DNA of 52,930 nt from Deltaproteobacteria bacterium. Its GTDB lineage: Bacteria > Desulfobacterota > Deferrimicrobia > Deferrimicrobiales > Deferrimicrobiaceae. The notes under the pieces were generated by a model, which was given only the letters and a program-made list of their open reading frames with translations, searched no databases and was not told where the DNA came from. This document shows, piece by piece, positions 39,654-51,445 of the stretch (the first letter of the stretch is position 1; each line of letters starts with the position of its first letter). Position numbers and translations under genes: made by a program. The stretch lies in contig JANXQJ010000123.1 of the NCBI GenBank assembly GCA_025356865.1, positions 1 through 52,930 of the forward strand, read 5' to 3'.

Positions 39654-40660
39654 CCGCGCGGATCGTGGCCGACGGCAACCGGCGGGAGGAACCCGCTCAA
39701 GGGGCTCCGCTCCTCTCCCTCCGGGGGCTCGTCAAGCATTTCCCCGTCCGGCGCTCCTTCCTCTCGAACGAGACGTTCTCGGTCAAGGCGGTCGACGGCG
39801 TGTCGCTCGACGTCCCGCCGGGGAAGACCGTCGGCCTGGTGGGCGAGTCGGGGTGCGGCAAGACGACGCTCGGGCGGCTGGCGATCCGGCTGATCGATCC
39901 CGACGCGGGCGGCATCTTTTTCGAGGGGCGGGAGATCACCACGCTTGCCGGCGAGGAACTGCGGCGATTGCGGCTCGGGATGCAGATCGTCTTCCAGGAC
40001 CCGTACTCGTCGCTCAACCCCCGGATGCGGATCCGCGATATCGTCGGCGAGGGGTGGCTGGTCCACGGCATCGCGAAAGGAAAAGCGCTGCGCGAGCGCG
40101 CCGAGCGCCTGCTCATGCGCGTCGGGCTGCCGGCCGACGCGGCCGACAAGTACCCGCACGAATTCTCGGGCGGCCAGCGTCAGCGGATCGGCATCGCCCG
40201 GGCGATCTCGCTTTCCCCCCGCCTGGTCGTCGCCGACGAGCCGGTGTCGGCGCTCGACGTCTCGGTGCAGGCGCAGATCCTCAACCTGCTGCGCGACCTG
40301 CAGGACGAGGACGGGATCGGTTACCTGTTCGTATCCCACGACCTGCGGGTGATCCGCCACATGTGCGACATCGTCGCCGTGATGTATCTCGGGGTGATCG
40401 TCGAGCTGGCGCCCGCCGCCGACCTCTTCCGCGAGCCGCTGCACCCGTACACGCGCAGCTTGCTGTCCGCGCTCCCGATGGCGGGGGGAGGCAGGCGGGA
40501 GCAGATCGTCCTGGCGGGCGAGATCCCGAGCCCGATCCACGTGCCGCCCGGCTGCCGATTCCACACCCGCTGCTTCATGTCGAAGCCGTCGTGCCGCGAG
40601 CAGGAGCCCGCGCTCGAAGAGCGCTGCGCCGGACGCTTCGTCGCCTGTCCTTACGCCTGA
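39650..40660 (+). CDS. Peptide ABC ATP-binding protein (OppF/DppF-like)
   Basis: KAVDGVS, VGESGCGKT, FQDPYSSLNPR, FSGGQRQR, DEPVSALD, GCRFHTRC. Confidence 0.93.
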   Translation: MTARIVADGNRREEPAQGAPLLSLRGLVKHFPVRRSFLSNETFSVKAVDGVSLDVPPGKTVGLVGESGCGKTTLGRLAIRLIDPDAGGIFFEGREITTLAGEELRRLRLGMQIVFQDPYSSLNPRMRIRDIVGEGWLVHGIAKGKALRERAERLLMRVGLPADAADKYPHEFSGGQRQRIGIARAISLSPRLVVADEPVSALDVSVQAQILNLLRDLQDEDGIGYLFVSHDLRVIRHMCDIVAVMYLGVIVELAPAADLFREPLHPYTRSLLSALPMAGGGRREQIVLAGEIPSPIHVPPGCRFHTRCFMSKPSCREQEPALEERCAGRFVACPYA

Positions 40661-41289
40661 CCTGAAATCTTTTCCCTTCGCCAGACGGCCTGCAGTTCCC
40701 GAATCGCCCGTTCCGGCTCCGTCCGCCCGTTGACCGCCCGCACCACGCAGAAATTCCGCGCCCCCCGTCGGAGGACTTCCGCCAGGTTTCCGGCGTCGAT
40801 CCCGCCGATGGCCACGGCGGGAACCGGCGATGACGAGACGATCGACGCCATCCGGGCAAGCCCGACGACCGGATCCGCCATCGTCTTTGTGGGCGTGGGA
40901 AAGACCGGGCCGATGCCGATGTAGTCCGGCGCGATCACGGCTGCCGCGCTCGCCTGCGACTCGTCGTGGGTGGAGAGGCCGAACCGTTTCCCCTGGACCG
41001 GCCAGAGGCGACGGGCTTCCGGCAAGGGCAGGTCGTCCTGTCCGAGGTGGACCCCGTCGGCGTCGACGTCGCGGGCAATCCCGACGTCGTCGTTGACGAT
41101 GAACAGGGTGTCGCTTCCCCGGGTGATCTCGCGAATCCGCAGAGCTGTTTCGAGAACGGCTTTGCGGGGCGCCCCCTTCATCCGGAGCTGAAGGTAGCGG
41201 ACGCCGCCGCGGACCGCCGCGGTTGCGCACGCCTCGTATCCTGCGGCCGGGTCGGTCAGGACGAGATAGAGGCCGAAATCGTCATCCAT
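40651..41289 (-). CDS. thiE: Thiamine-phosphate synthase (copy 1)
   Basis: QLRMK, FIVNDD, DGVHLGQDD, GLSTH, GPVFPTPTK, VAIGGI. Confidence 0.93.
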   Translation of the reverse strand: MDDDFGLYLVLTDPAAGYEACATAAVRGGVRYLQLRMKGAPRKAVLETALRIREITRGSDTLFIVNDDVGIARDVDADGVHLGQDDLPLPEARRLWPVQGKRFGLSTHDESQASAAAVIAPDYIGIGPVFPTPTKTMADPVVGLARMASIVSSSPVPAVAIGGIDAGNLAEVLRRGARNFCVVRAVNGRTEPERAIRELQAVWRREKISGQA

Positions 41290-42391
41290 CGGCCGCCTCC
41301 ATGAACACCCGGTCCCAGTTCTTGAAGACCGGGTCCAGCCCGCGATTTCGCAGCATCGCGCAGAATTCCTCGACGCTCCGCTCGTCGCTGATGCGGAACT
41401 GCCCATCGTCCACCGCTTCCGTTCCGCCGTAGCCGCCGACGGTCGTCCGGCTTCCCGCGCTCATCTTCGTGACGCCCAGTCCCGCCATTCCGTCGCGGAA
41501 TTCCGGCCGCTCCCGCGTCGAGAGGAGGATCGGCACGTCGGGCATGACGATCCGGAACGCGAAAATGATCCGCGCCAGCATCGACTCGTCTACGGGAAAC
41601 GGCGACACGAACCCGCCGGCTTCGGGCCGGAGACGCGGGAAGGAAAGGGCAATCCCAGACCGCCAGTATGTCGACCGGAGGTGGTTCGCGTGGCGAAAGA
41701 GCCGGAGTGCCTCGGAGACCGGATCCGATAGCCCGAGCAGCACTCCGAGGCCGACGGTCCGCATTCCCGCCGCCATGGCGCGGGATGGGGCCTCCAGCCG
41801 TTCGAGATAGTCCTTTTTCGGGCCCCAACGATGAAGCCGGCCGTACCGGTCCGGGTCATAGGTCTCCTGGTAGATCGTCACGCCGGAACAGCCCGCCTCC
41901 GCCATCCGGGCATATTCAGGCGCCGTCATCGGAAAGGCCTCGATCCCGACATGGTGAAACCGCTCGGCAGCCAGGGAGACGCCCGCGAGCAGGAAGTCGA
42001 CTCCCGCCGGTTCCGAGCGCTCGCCCGTGAGCAGCAGCAGTTCTTGAAACCCGCGGCCGGTGATGGCGTCCATCTCGCGGGCCATCTCGGATGGCTTCAG
42101 GTGGACCCTCCGTTGGGGGCGATCGGAGGCGAATCCGCAATACTCGCATCCGTTGGAACAGTAGTTGGCGAGGTAGAGTGGCGTGTACAGGGAAATGGTG
42201 CGGCCGAAATGACGCCGGGTCAGGTCGCGCGCCCGCACTGCCATCGCTTCCATGAGGGGGGATGCCGCGGGGGAGAGCAGCACGGCGAGTTCCCGTGCCC
42301 CCGGGTCGCTGCACGCGAGCGCCCTTTCGACGTCCTCCTGCGTTGCGGTCCCCCCGGCTTGGTCCCGGGGAAGGTCCAGCCACACGGGCAT
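41282..42391 (-). CDS. thiH: 2-iminoacetate synthase (radical SAM)
   Basis: LYTPLYLANYCSNGCEYCGF, LLTGE, IYQETY, GVLLGL, SFPRLRP, LSTRE, SAGSRTTVGGY, QFRISDER. Confidence 0.94.
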   Translation of the reverse strand: MPVWLDLPRDQAGGTATQEDVERALACSDPGARELAVLLSPAASPLMEAMAVRARDLTRRHFGRTISLYTPLYLANYCSNGCEYCGFASDRPQRRVHLKPSEMAREMDAITGRGFQELLLLTGERSEPAGVDFLLAGVSLAAERFHHVGIEAFPMTAPEYARMAEAGCSGVTIYQETYDPDRYGRLHRWGPKKDYLERLEAPSRAMAAGMRTVGLGVLLGLSDPVSEALRLFRHANHLRSTYWRSGIALSFPRLRPEAGGFVSPFPVDESMLARIIFAFRIVMPDVPILLSTRERPEFRDGMAGLGVTKMSAGSRTTVGGYGGTEAVDDGQFRISDERSVEEFCAMLRNRGLDPVFKNWDRVFMEAADG

Positions 42392-42399
42392 CGTGGGGG

Positions 42400-43209
42400 T
42401 CAAGGCGTCACCGGGGAGAGGAACGACGTCAGCGGGCTGGTGGATGTCGCCGCCGTTTCGCTTCCGCGCGGCATGAGCCCCGCCATGAAGGCGGATCTCC
42501 CCGCCGCGACGGCGCGGGCGAAAGCGTCGGCCATGGCAGCCGGGTCGCCCGCCGCCGCGACGGCGCTGTTCACGAGGACCGCTTCGCACCCCATCTCGAG
42601 CGCGGCAGCGGCTTCGGACGGCGCGCGAAGCCCGGCGTCGACGATCACCGGGATACGGGCGCCCCGGACGATGAGGCGGAGCATGTCGGCGGTGGCCAGT
42701 CCGCGACCGCTGCCGATCGCGGACCCCTGCGGCATCAGGGAGGCGCAGCCGACGTCTTCAAGCCGGCGGGCGAGGACCGGATCCGCCGGCATGTACGGCA
42801 TCACCGCGAATCCTTCGGCGGCGAGCACCCGGGCGGCCTCGAACGTCTCGATCGGGTCGGGCATGAGGTGGTGCGGATCGGGGTGGATCTCGACCTTCAC
42901 GAAAGGGCTTCCGCTGAGTTCCCGCCCGAGCCGGGCCGCCCGGATCGCCTCGGCCGCGGTCCTGGCGCCGGAGGTGTTCGGCATCAGGGTGATGCCCCGC
43001 AGCTTCAGGAGCGACTCGAGCAGGTCGTCCGCCCCGGAACCGCCGCCGACACGCCGGAGTGCGACCGTTACAAATTGGGCCCCCGATGCCTGGATGGCGT
43101 CCGCCATCGTCTCCGCGTCCCGGAACTTGCCCGTCCCCATCAACAGCCGCGACGTGAAACGATGCCCGCCGACGGTCCAGCTGTCGTCGGCATTGCCGGT
43201 TTCCTTCAT
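42400..43209 (-). CDS. thiG: Thiazole synthase
   Basis: [46 protein letters not shown]. Confidence 0.96.
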   Translation of the reverse strand: MKETGNADDSWTVGGHRFTSRLLMGTGKFRDAETMADAIQASGAQFVTVALRRVGGGSGADDLLESLLKLRGITLMPNTSGARTAAEAIRAARLGRELSGSPFVKVEIHPDPHHLMPDPIETFEAARVLAAEGFAVMPYMPADPVLARRLEDVGCASLMPQGSAIGSGRGLATADMLRLIVRGARIPVIVDAGLRAPSEAAAALEMGCEAVLVNSAVAAAGDPAAMADAFARAVAAGRSAFMAGLMPRGSETAATSTSPLTSFLSPVTP

Positions 43210-43231
43210 GAACTCTCCCTCCGTTTCCTTC

Positions 43232-43432
43232 TTATCCGCCGGCCACGAACCGGAACAGCTCGACATGGTCGCCTTCGGAAAGCCTGTACGCGCCGCGGGC
43301 GCCTGCGGGGATCATCTCGCCGTTCAGGACGACGGCCACCTCCCGTCCGCCGAATCCCGTTTCCTCAAGGAGGCCCGTCACCGAATCGGCCCTCGTCGTC
43401 TCGAACGGCTCACCGTTCAGGATCACTTTCAT
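43232..43432 (-). CDS. thiS: Sulfur carrier protein
   Basis: 66 aa ubiquitin-like, VAVVLNGE...GDHVE..FVAGG with C-terminal GG. Confidence 0.95.
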   Translation of the reverse strand: MKVILNGEPFETTRADSVTGLLEETGFGGREVAVVLNGEMIPAGARGAYRLSEGDHVELFRFVAGG

Positions 43433-43449
43433 CCGGTCCCCCTCGGGTC

Positions 43450-43492
43450 AAAATAAAAAAAACGCGCACGGCATGGAAAGCCGGGCGCGCAT
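43450..43492 (-). terminator. Intrinsic terminator (riboswitch expression platform)
   Basis: Minus strand GCGCGCCCGGC-TTTCCAT-GCCGTGCGCG followed by a long T run, between the aptamer and thiS. Confidence 0.85.
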
Positions 43493-43496
43493 CTCG

Positions 43497-43600
43497 TTGG
43501 CTCCCTCCGCCGGCATCGTGCGCACATGGGCGCCTTATCCGGATCAGGTTCAACGGGTATGATCTCAGCCTCCCCCTTTCGGGTCGGGCACCCCGGCACG
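43497..43600 (-). ncRNA. TPP riboswitch
   Basis: Minus strand GGGGTGC...GCTGAGA..ATACCCGTTGAACCTGATCCGGATAA...TGCCGGCGGAGGGA upstream of thiS. Confidence 0.92.
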
Positions 43601-43606
43601 TCGAGG

Positions 43607-43635
43607 ATCGTATTCGTTTCCACAGGAACCGTCAA
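43607..43635 (-). promoter_or_regulatory. sigma70 promoter for the riboswitch-thiSGHE transcript
   Basis: Minus strand TTGACG-17 bp-TACGAT immediately 5' of the aptamer. Confidence 0.75.
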
Positions 43636-43706
43636 GCGTCGCGGCCGTCAATGTACAATGTGTGAATCCAGATCCGCGCCGCCGGATCGCCCTGGAGGAG
43701 TCCAAA

Positions 43707-44513
43707 GTGATCCACGCGCATAAGTTGCTGGAGGAAAGCCGCAAGTCGCTCGCCTCGACCCGGCCCCTCGTACACCACATCACCAACTACGTCGTAATGA
43801 ACCTGACCGCCAACGTCACCCTCGCGATGGGTGCTTCGCCCGTCATGGCGCACGACGTGGACGAGGTCGAGGAGATGGCATCGTTCGCCTCCTCGCTCGT
43901 GCTCAACATCGGGACGCTTTCGCCGCGCTGGATCGAGGCGATGGCGCTGGCGGGGAAAAAGGCCAAGTCGCGGGGAATCCCCGTGGTGTTCGATCCGGTC
44001 GGGGCGGGAGCGACGTCGCTGCGCACGGAGACGTGCCGGAAAATCCTTTCCGATGTGCGTCCCGACATCATCCGCGGAAACCGCGCCGAGGTCACCACCC
44101 TCGCCGGTGCCGTCGCCCGCATCAGCGGGGTCGACTCGCTCGAGACGGGCGCGGACCCGCTCGACCTTTATCGCGCCTTCGCCCGGGAGTCCGGCGCGGT
44201 CGTCTGCGTTTCCGGCCCTTCCGACTGGGTGACCGACGGCGACCGGATGCTCCGGGTCGACAACGGGCACCCGCTCTTCGGCCGCGTCACCGGGATGGGC
44301 TGTTCCGCCACGACGGCCGTGGCCGTTTACGCGGCTGCCGGATTGCCGCTGCTCGAAGCCACGGCGGTCGCCATGGGCGTATTCGGCGCCTGCGGGGAGG
44401 AGGCGTCCGCCGCTTCGCACGGCCCGGGCACTTTCGTCCCGTCGCTGATCGACGCGCTCCACCGGGTTTCGGGGGGCGGCGCGCCATCTCCGTTGCGGAT
44501 CGTCGAGTCGTGA
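43707..44513 (+). CDS. thiM: Hydroxyethylthiazole kinase
   Basis: PLVHHITNYVVMN, GASPVMA, LNIGTL, FDPVGAGAT, IRGN, VTGMGC; GGAGGAG RBS before GTG. Confidence 0.94.
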   Translation: MIHAHKLLEESRKSLASTRPLVHHITNYVVMNLTANVTLAMGASPVMAHDVDEVEEMASFASSLVLNIGTLSPRWIEAMALAGKKAKSRGIPVVFDPVGAGATSLRTETCRKILSDVRPDIIRGNRAEVTTLAGAVARISGVDSLETGADPLDLYRAFARESGAVVCVSGPSDWVTDGDRMLRVDNGHPLFGRVTGMGCSATTAVAVYAAAGLPLLEATAVAMGVFGACGEEASAASHGPGTFVPSLIDALHRVSGGGAPSPLRIVES

Positions 44514-45166
44514 CCCGGACCCCGGACCCCACGCTGTATGTGGTGACCGACCGCGCTCTCTCCCGCGGCCGGAGCCACGGCGAGGTGGTCCGCCGCGCCA
44601 TCGCGGGCGGCGCGACGCTGATCCAGTACCGCGAGAAAAACCTATCCGAGGACGAGATGGCGGAAGAGGCGTCGCGCCTCCTCCGCACGTGCCGCGCGGG
44701 CGGAGTTCCGCTCATCGTCAACGACTCCCTCGAAGTGGCCCGGAAATCCGGCGCCGACGGGCTCCATCTTGGCCAGGGCGACAGTGACCCCGGCCGGGCG
44801 CGCGCGGTCATGGGCGCCGGCTTCCTCATCGGGGTGTCGGTGCACGATGCCGGAGAGGCGAGGAAGGCGGAAGCGGACGGAGCGGATTATCTCGCGGCCA
44901 ACGGGGTGTTCCCGACCGGCAGCAAGAGCGACCTCGGCGCCCCGCTCGGACTTTCGGGGCTCGCGGCGATCGTCGGGGCGACGTCGTTGCCGGTCGTGGC
45001 GATCGGGGGGATCAACGCAGGCAATGCGGCCGACGTGATCCGCGCCGGCGCAGCCGGGCTTGCGGTCATCTCGGCCGTGGTCTCGGCAGCCGGCATCGAG
45101 TCGGCGTGCCGGTCGTTGCGGGAGGCGATCGTGTCGGGGAGGGTCTGGGTCGCCGCGCAGCGGTAA
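44510..45166 (+). CDS. thiE: Thiamine-phosphate synthase (copy 2)
   Basis: LYVVTD, QYREK, LIVND, DGLHLGQGD, GVSVH, VFPTGSK, VAIGGI; GTGA overlap with thiM. Confidence 0.92.
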   Translation: MTRTPDPTLYVVTDRALSRGRSHGEVVRRAIAGGATLIQYREKNLSEDEMAEEASRLLRTCRAGGVPLIVNDSLEVARKSGADGLHLGQGDSDPGRARAVMGAGFLIGVSVHDAGEARKAEADGADYLAANGVFPTGSKSDLGAPLGLSGLAAIVGATSLPVVAIGGINAGNAADVIRAGAAGLAVISAVVSAAGIESACRSLREAIVSGRVWVAAQR

Positions 45167-45183
45167 CGCGTTCGCCGAACGGG

Positions 45184-47085
45184 CTACGCGGGCGCCGTCA
45201 GCGGTTCTTTCGACGGAACCTTGTCGCGCACGGTCGTCCGGCAGTAGGGGCAGAAGTTCCACTCGGGCGCCAGCACCTTGTTGCACGCGTGGCACGAGGA
45301 GACGACCGAGGTGCCGCACGCCGGGCAGAGCAGGAAATCGCTGGCGAGAGGCGACTGGCAGTGCGAGCAGAAACTCGAGAATTCGTCGTCGTTGTCGAGC
45401 ACCCGCCCCAGTTCCTCGAGCGTCGTCAACCCGGCTCGCACCTTCGCCATCCCGGCGTGGCTGAGCGTTTTCATCCCGCGTCCGACGGCCGTGTGGCGAA
45501 TCTCCCCCTCGGGGGCATTCGCGGTGATCATGTCGCGCAACTGGGGGCTGAAGGGCATGATCTCGTAAAGCCCCATCCGTCCCTTGTACCCCGTTCCCCC
45601 GCAGTTCGTGCATCCCGTGCCGTGGTACAGGGTGAGGTCCTGGGGGAGCGCGGAGCCCCAGCGAAGCCGTTCGGCCTCGGTTGGCGGCGTCTCGGCCTTG
45701 CACTTGGCGCAGATGGTGCGCACGAGCCGCTGGGCGACGATGCCGATGATCGACGAGGCGATGAGGTAGGACGGAATTCCCAGGTTGCGCAGCCGGGTGA
45801 CCGTGGCCGCGGTACTGTTGGTGTGGATCGTCGAGAGCACCAGGTGGCCGGTGAGCGCCGCCTGGATCGCGATGTTGGCCGTCTCGACGTCGCGCATCTC
45901 GCCGACCATGATGACGTCGGGGTCCTGCCGCAGCATGGCGCGCAGCATGGTCGCGAACGTCAGCCCGATCTTCTCCTGAACGGCCACCTGCGTGAGGCCG
46001 TCGAGCTCGTATTCGACCGGGTCTTCGACCGTCGTGATGTTCCGCGCGACGGTCCTGACCCGATTGAGCAGCCCGTAGAGCGTGGTCGACTTGCCCGAGC
46101 CCGTGGGGCCGGTGACGAGCAGAACCCCCTGCGGGGCTCGGACGATGCTTGTCAGCTGTCTCAGGTCTTCCTCGCCGAAGCCGAGCTGCTCCATCGGAAG
46201 TTGCGCGGAAGAAGAGTCGAGGATCCGGATGACCACCTTCTCGCCGTAGTTGGCCGGGATGGTCGAGACGCGCAGGTCGAGCGACTTGGCGCCGATCTTG
46301 ACGCCGATCCGTCCGTCCTGGGGCAGCCGCTTCTCGGCGATGTCCAGCTTGGCCATGATCTTGAGGCGTGAAACGATCGCTCCCTGCACCCACTTGGGGA
46401 GTTCCTGCGTCTTGCGCAGCAGGCCGTCGACCCGGTTCCGGATGACAAGGTGGTTTTTCGACGGTTCGACGTGGATGTCGGAAGCCCCGCTGTCGATCGC
46501 CTCGGCGATGAGCGCGTTGGCCATCCGGATGATCGGCGCGGCCTCGGATTTCTTGACGAGGTCCTCGACGTCGGCGCCTTCCCCCTTGCCCCGGTCCTGG
46601 ATGATCTCGACGCTTCGTTCTTCCTGGATATCCTTGAAGATGTTGTCGATCGACGCCCCGAGGTGGTAGTGCTGGTCGATGGCCCACAGGATGTCCGTCC
46701 GTGTGGCGATGAACGCCTTGATCGCGAAGCCCGAGGCGAAACGGACGTCTTCGAGCGCCTCGAAACTCAACGGGTCGGCCATGGCCAGGTGCAGTTCCTT
46801 GTGGATGAGCTGGACCGGCATGATCAGGTGCTTGCGGGCGACTTTCTCGGGGATGATCTCGGTGGCGCTCGGATCGATCGGGGTGGCCTGCAGGTCGAGC
46901 ATCGGGATGGCGAGCTGGATCGAAAGCGCCTGGGCGATCTCCTGCTCGGTGGCCAGCCCTTGCGACACGATGAATTCGCCCAGCTTGCCCTTGCGGAATT
47001 TCTGCTCCGAAAGGATCCGGTTCAGGTCTTTCTCGGAAACGAGTCCCGTCTCGACCAACAGTTCGCCCAGTCGCTTTTTTGCCAT
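45184..47085 (-). CDS. PilB/GspE-family assembly ATPase with MshEN domain and C-terminal double zinc ribbon
   Basis: RLGELLVETGLV...Q, ASDIHVEP, RLPQDGR, TGPTGSGKSTT, TVEDPVE, LRQDPDVIMVGEMRD, TGHLVLSTIH, GYKGR, four C-terminal CxxC pairs. Confidence 0.93.
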   Translation of the reverse strand: MAKKRLGELLVETGLVSEKDLNRILSEQKFRKGKLGEFIVSQGLATEQEIAQALSIQLAIPMLDLQATPIDPSATEIIPEKVARKHLIMPVQLIHKELHLAMADPLSFEALEDVRFASGFAIKAFIATRTDILWAIDQHYHLGASIDNIFKDIQEERSVEIIQDRGKGEGADVEDLVKKSEAAPIIRMANALIAEAIDSGASDIHVEPSKNHLVIRNRVDGLLRKTQELPKWVQGAIVSRLKIMAKLDIAEKRLPQDGRIGVKIGAKSLDLRVSTIPANYGEKVVIRILDSSSAQLPMEQLGFGEEDLRQLTSIVRAPQGVLLVTGPTGSGKSTTLYGLLNRVRTVARNITTVEDPVEYELDGLTQVAVQEKIGLTFATMLRAMLRQDPDVIMVGEMRDVETANIAIQAALTGHLVLSTIHTNSTAATVTRLRNLGIPSYLIASSIIGIVAQRLVRTICAKCKAETPPTEAERLRWGSALPQDLTLYHGTGCTNCGGTGYKGRMGLYEIMPFSPQLRDMITANAPEGEIRHTAVGRGMKTLSHAGMAKVRAGLTTLEELGRVLDNDDEFSSFCSHCQSPLASDFLLCPACGTSVVSSCHACNKVLAPEWNFCPYCRTTVRDKVPSKEPLTAPA

Positions 47086-47214
47086 GGATCGAAAGTCCCC
47101 TTCATGTTCGATGGTACGCCATCATATCAGAAAGGGCACCGGGCGGAATGGGGTACTCTCCGCGAAACCGCAACCGGTTCCGTGCATCCTAATTGCCGAA
47201 GGGGGGTGTGAAAA

Positions 47215-47403
47215 ATGATCAAGTCAGCCACACAATCCAAGTGCCCAAGGTGCAACGGGGCGATGGTCAACGAGCGTTGTCAGGATATGGTCACCGTTTT
47301 CTACGCGTGGCGCTGCCTCAATTGCGGCGAGATCGTCGACGAAGTGGTCAACCGCAACCGGGGCGTGGTCGAGCGTCCGGCCAAGAAGCGGATGGCCAGT
47401 TAA
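47215..47403 (+). CDS. Small zinc-ribbon protein
   Basis: CPRCNGAMV...AWRCLNCGEIVD; GGGGG/GGTG RBS-like upstream; 62 aa. Confidence 0.75.
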   Translation: MIKSATQSKCPRCNGAMVNERCQDMVTVFYAWRCLNCGEIVDEVVNRNRGVVERPAKKRMAS

Positions 47404-47441
47404 CCCATCGTAATCATTGGGTTATCGGTATACCGGCAAGG

Positions 47442-47471
47442 TTGACAGCCGGTGGGGGCCTGTGATATCCT
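47442..47471 (+). promoter_or_regulatory. sigma70 promoter of secA
   Basis: TTGACA-18 bp-TATCCT with an extended TGn. Confidence 0.65.
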
Positions 47472-47512
47472 CCGAGGGTTAAACAATAGACCCCAAGAGG
47501 GAACAAGCGCCC

Positions 47513-50059
<2,547 letters not shown>

Positions 50060-50091
50060 GCCCACCCCGCGGGCCGCATAAGGAGGATCCG

Positions 50092-51288
50092 ATGAAGCCG
50101 GTGAAAACGCTGCGGGTTCCGGGGTTCCGCGGGGCGGGAATGTCGTGCGGGCTCAAGAAGTCCGGCAAGCCCGACCTTGCGCTGGTGGTCAGCGACCTGC
50201 CGTGCGTCTCCGAGGTCGTGTTCACGAAGAACAAGGTGTTCGCGGCGCCCGTCGCGTGGGGCAAGGCGCTGAAAGGGCGCATCTCGACGCTTCGCGGCAT
50301 CGTGGCCAACAGCGGCAACGCCAACGCCTGCACCGGGGCCGAAGGGCTCCGGGCGGTGCGCGACACGGCGGCGGCGGCGTGCGCGGCGCTTGCGTTGCCG
50401 AAGGATTCCCTGCTCGTCTCGTCGACCGGCGTCATCGGCGTCCGGATGCCCTTCGAGAAGATCGTCGACGCGATGCCCGACCTGGTCGGGTCGCTCTCCC
50501 CCGACGGCATCCTGCCGGCGTGCGACGCGATCATGACCACCGACGCGTTTCCCAAGCGCGGCATCCGGAAGGTGAAGGTCGCGGGCGGCACCGTCACGAT
50601 CGGCGGCATCGCCAAGGGGGCGGGGATGATCGCCCCCAACATGGGGACGATGCTGGGCTACCTCTTCACCGACGCGTCGATCGCGGCGGGCGATCTCAAG
50701 CGCGTCTTCCGCGATTCGGTCGACCGGTCTTTCAACCGCATCGTGGTCGACGGCGACACGAGCACGAACGACACCGCGGCGATCTTCGCCAACGGGGCGT
50801 GCGGGCTGCCCCCCCTTTCGGGCGACGACCTCGAGGCGTTCGCCTTGGCGCTCCACGACCTGCTCCTCGACCTCGCGCTCATGATCGTGCGCGACGGCGA
50901 GGGTGCCACCCGCGTGGTGCGCATCGCGGTCACGGGGGCGAAGAGCGACGCCGACGCCGAGAAGGCGACGCGCGCGGTCGCGACGTCGCCGCTGGTCAAG
51001 ACCATGGTTGCGGGCGCCGACGCCAACTGGGGGCGCGTCATTGCCGCTGTCGGGCGCGCGGGCATCGCGATGAACCAGGAGAAGGCCGAGGTGTCGTTCG
51101 CGGGCGAGATCGTGCTCAAGGCCGGGATGGTCATCGACCCGAAGGCCGAGGCGCGCGCCGTCCCCAAGATCAAGAAGGAGGCGTTCGAGATCCGCGTCGA
51201 CCTCGGGCTCGGCTCCGGCAGCCACTACGTCTATTTTTCCGACCTGACGCACGCCTATATCGACTGCAACGCCGGCTACCGGTCCTAG
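50092..51288 (+). CDS. argJ: Glutamate N-acetyltransferase / ornithine acetyltransferase
   Basis: VANSGNANACTG, SSTGVIG, AIMTTD, AKGAGMIAPNMGTML, VDGDTSTND, RDGEGAT, DANWGR; AGGAGG RBS. Confidence 0.96.
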   Translation: MKPVKTLRVPGFRGAGMSCGLKKSGKPDLALVVSDLPCVSEVVFTKNKVFAAPVAWGKALKGRISTLRGIVANSGNANACTGAEGLRAVRDTAAAACAALALPKDSLLVSSTGVIGVRMPFEKIVDAMPDLVGSLSPDGILPACDAIMTTDAFPKRGIRKVKVAGGTVTIGGIAKGAGMIAPNMGTMLGYLFTDASIAAGDLKRVFRDSVDRSFNRIVVDGDTSTNDTAAIFANGACGLPPLSGDDLEAFALALHDLLLDLALMIVRDGEGATRVVRIAVTGAKSDADAEKATRAVATSPLVKTMVAGADANWGRVIAAVGRAGIAMNQEKAEVSFAGEIVLKAGMVIDPKAEARAVPKIKKEAFEIRVDLGLGSGSHYVYFSDLTHAYIDCNAGYRS

Positions 51289-51315
51289 CAGCGGACAAGA
51301 GCCCGCCTGCGGCGG

Positions 51316-51405
51316 ACCGGCTCACGCTCAAGGCGTCCGACCTTTCGCTCCGCCGGCGGCCTTCGCGGCCTGGCGCCGCCCTCCCGTAGCGCGCCTTGCA
51401 TCCGG
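51316..51405 (-). repeat. Partial, inverted member of the element C family
   Basis: Reverse complement of 51316-51365 matches 11127-11176 exactly over 19 bp and 12 bp flanks around a 19-nt variable hairpin; CCGGATGC end at about 51398-51405. Confidence 0.7.
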
Positions 51406-51445
51406 GTCCTTCTCCACCGCCATGACACATGATTCAGGAGGTTCG

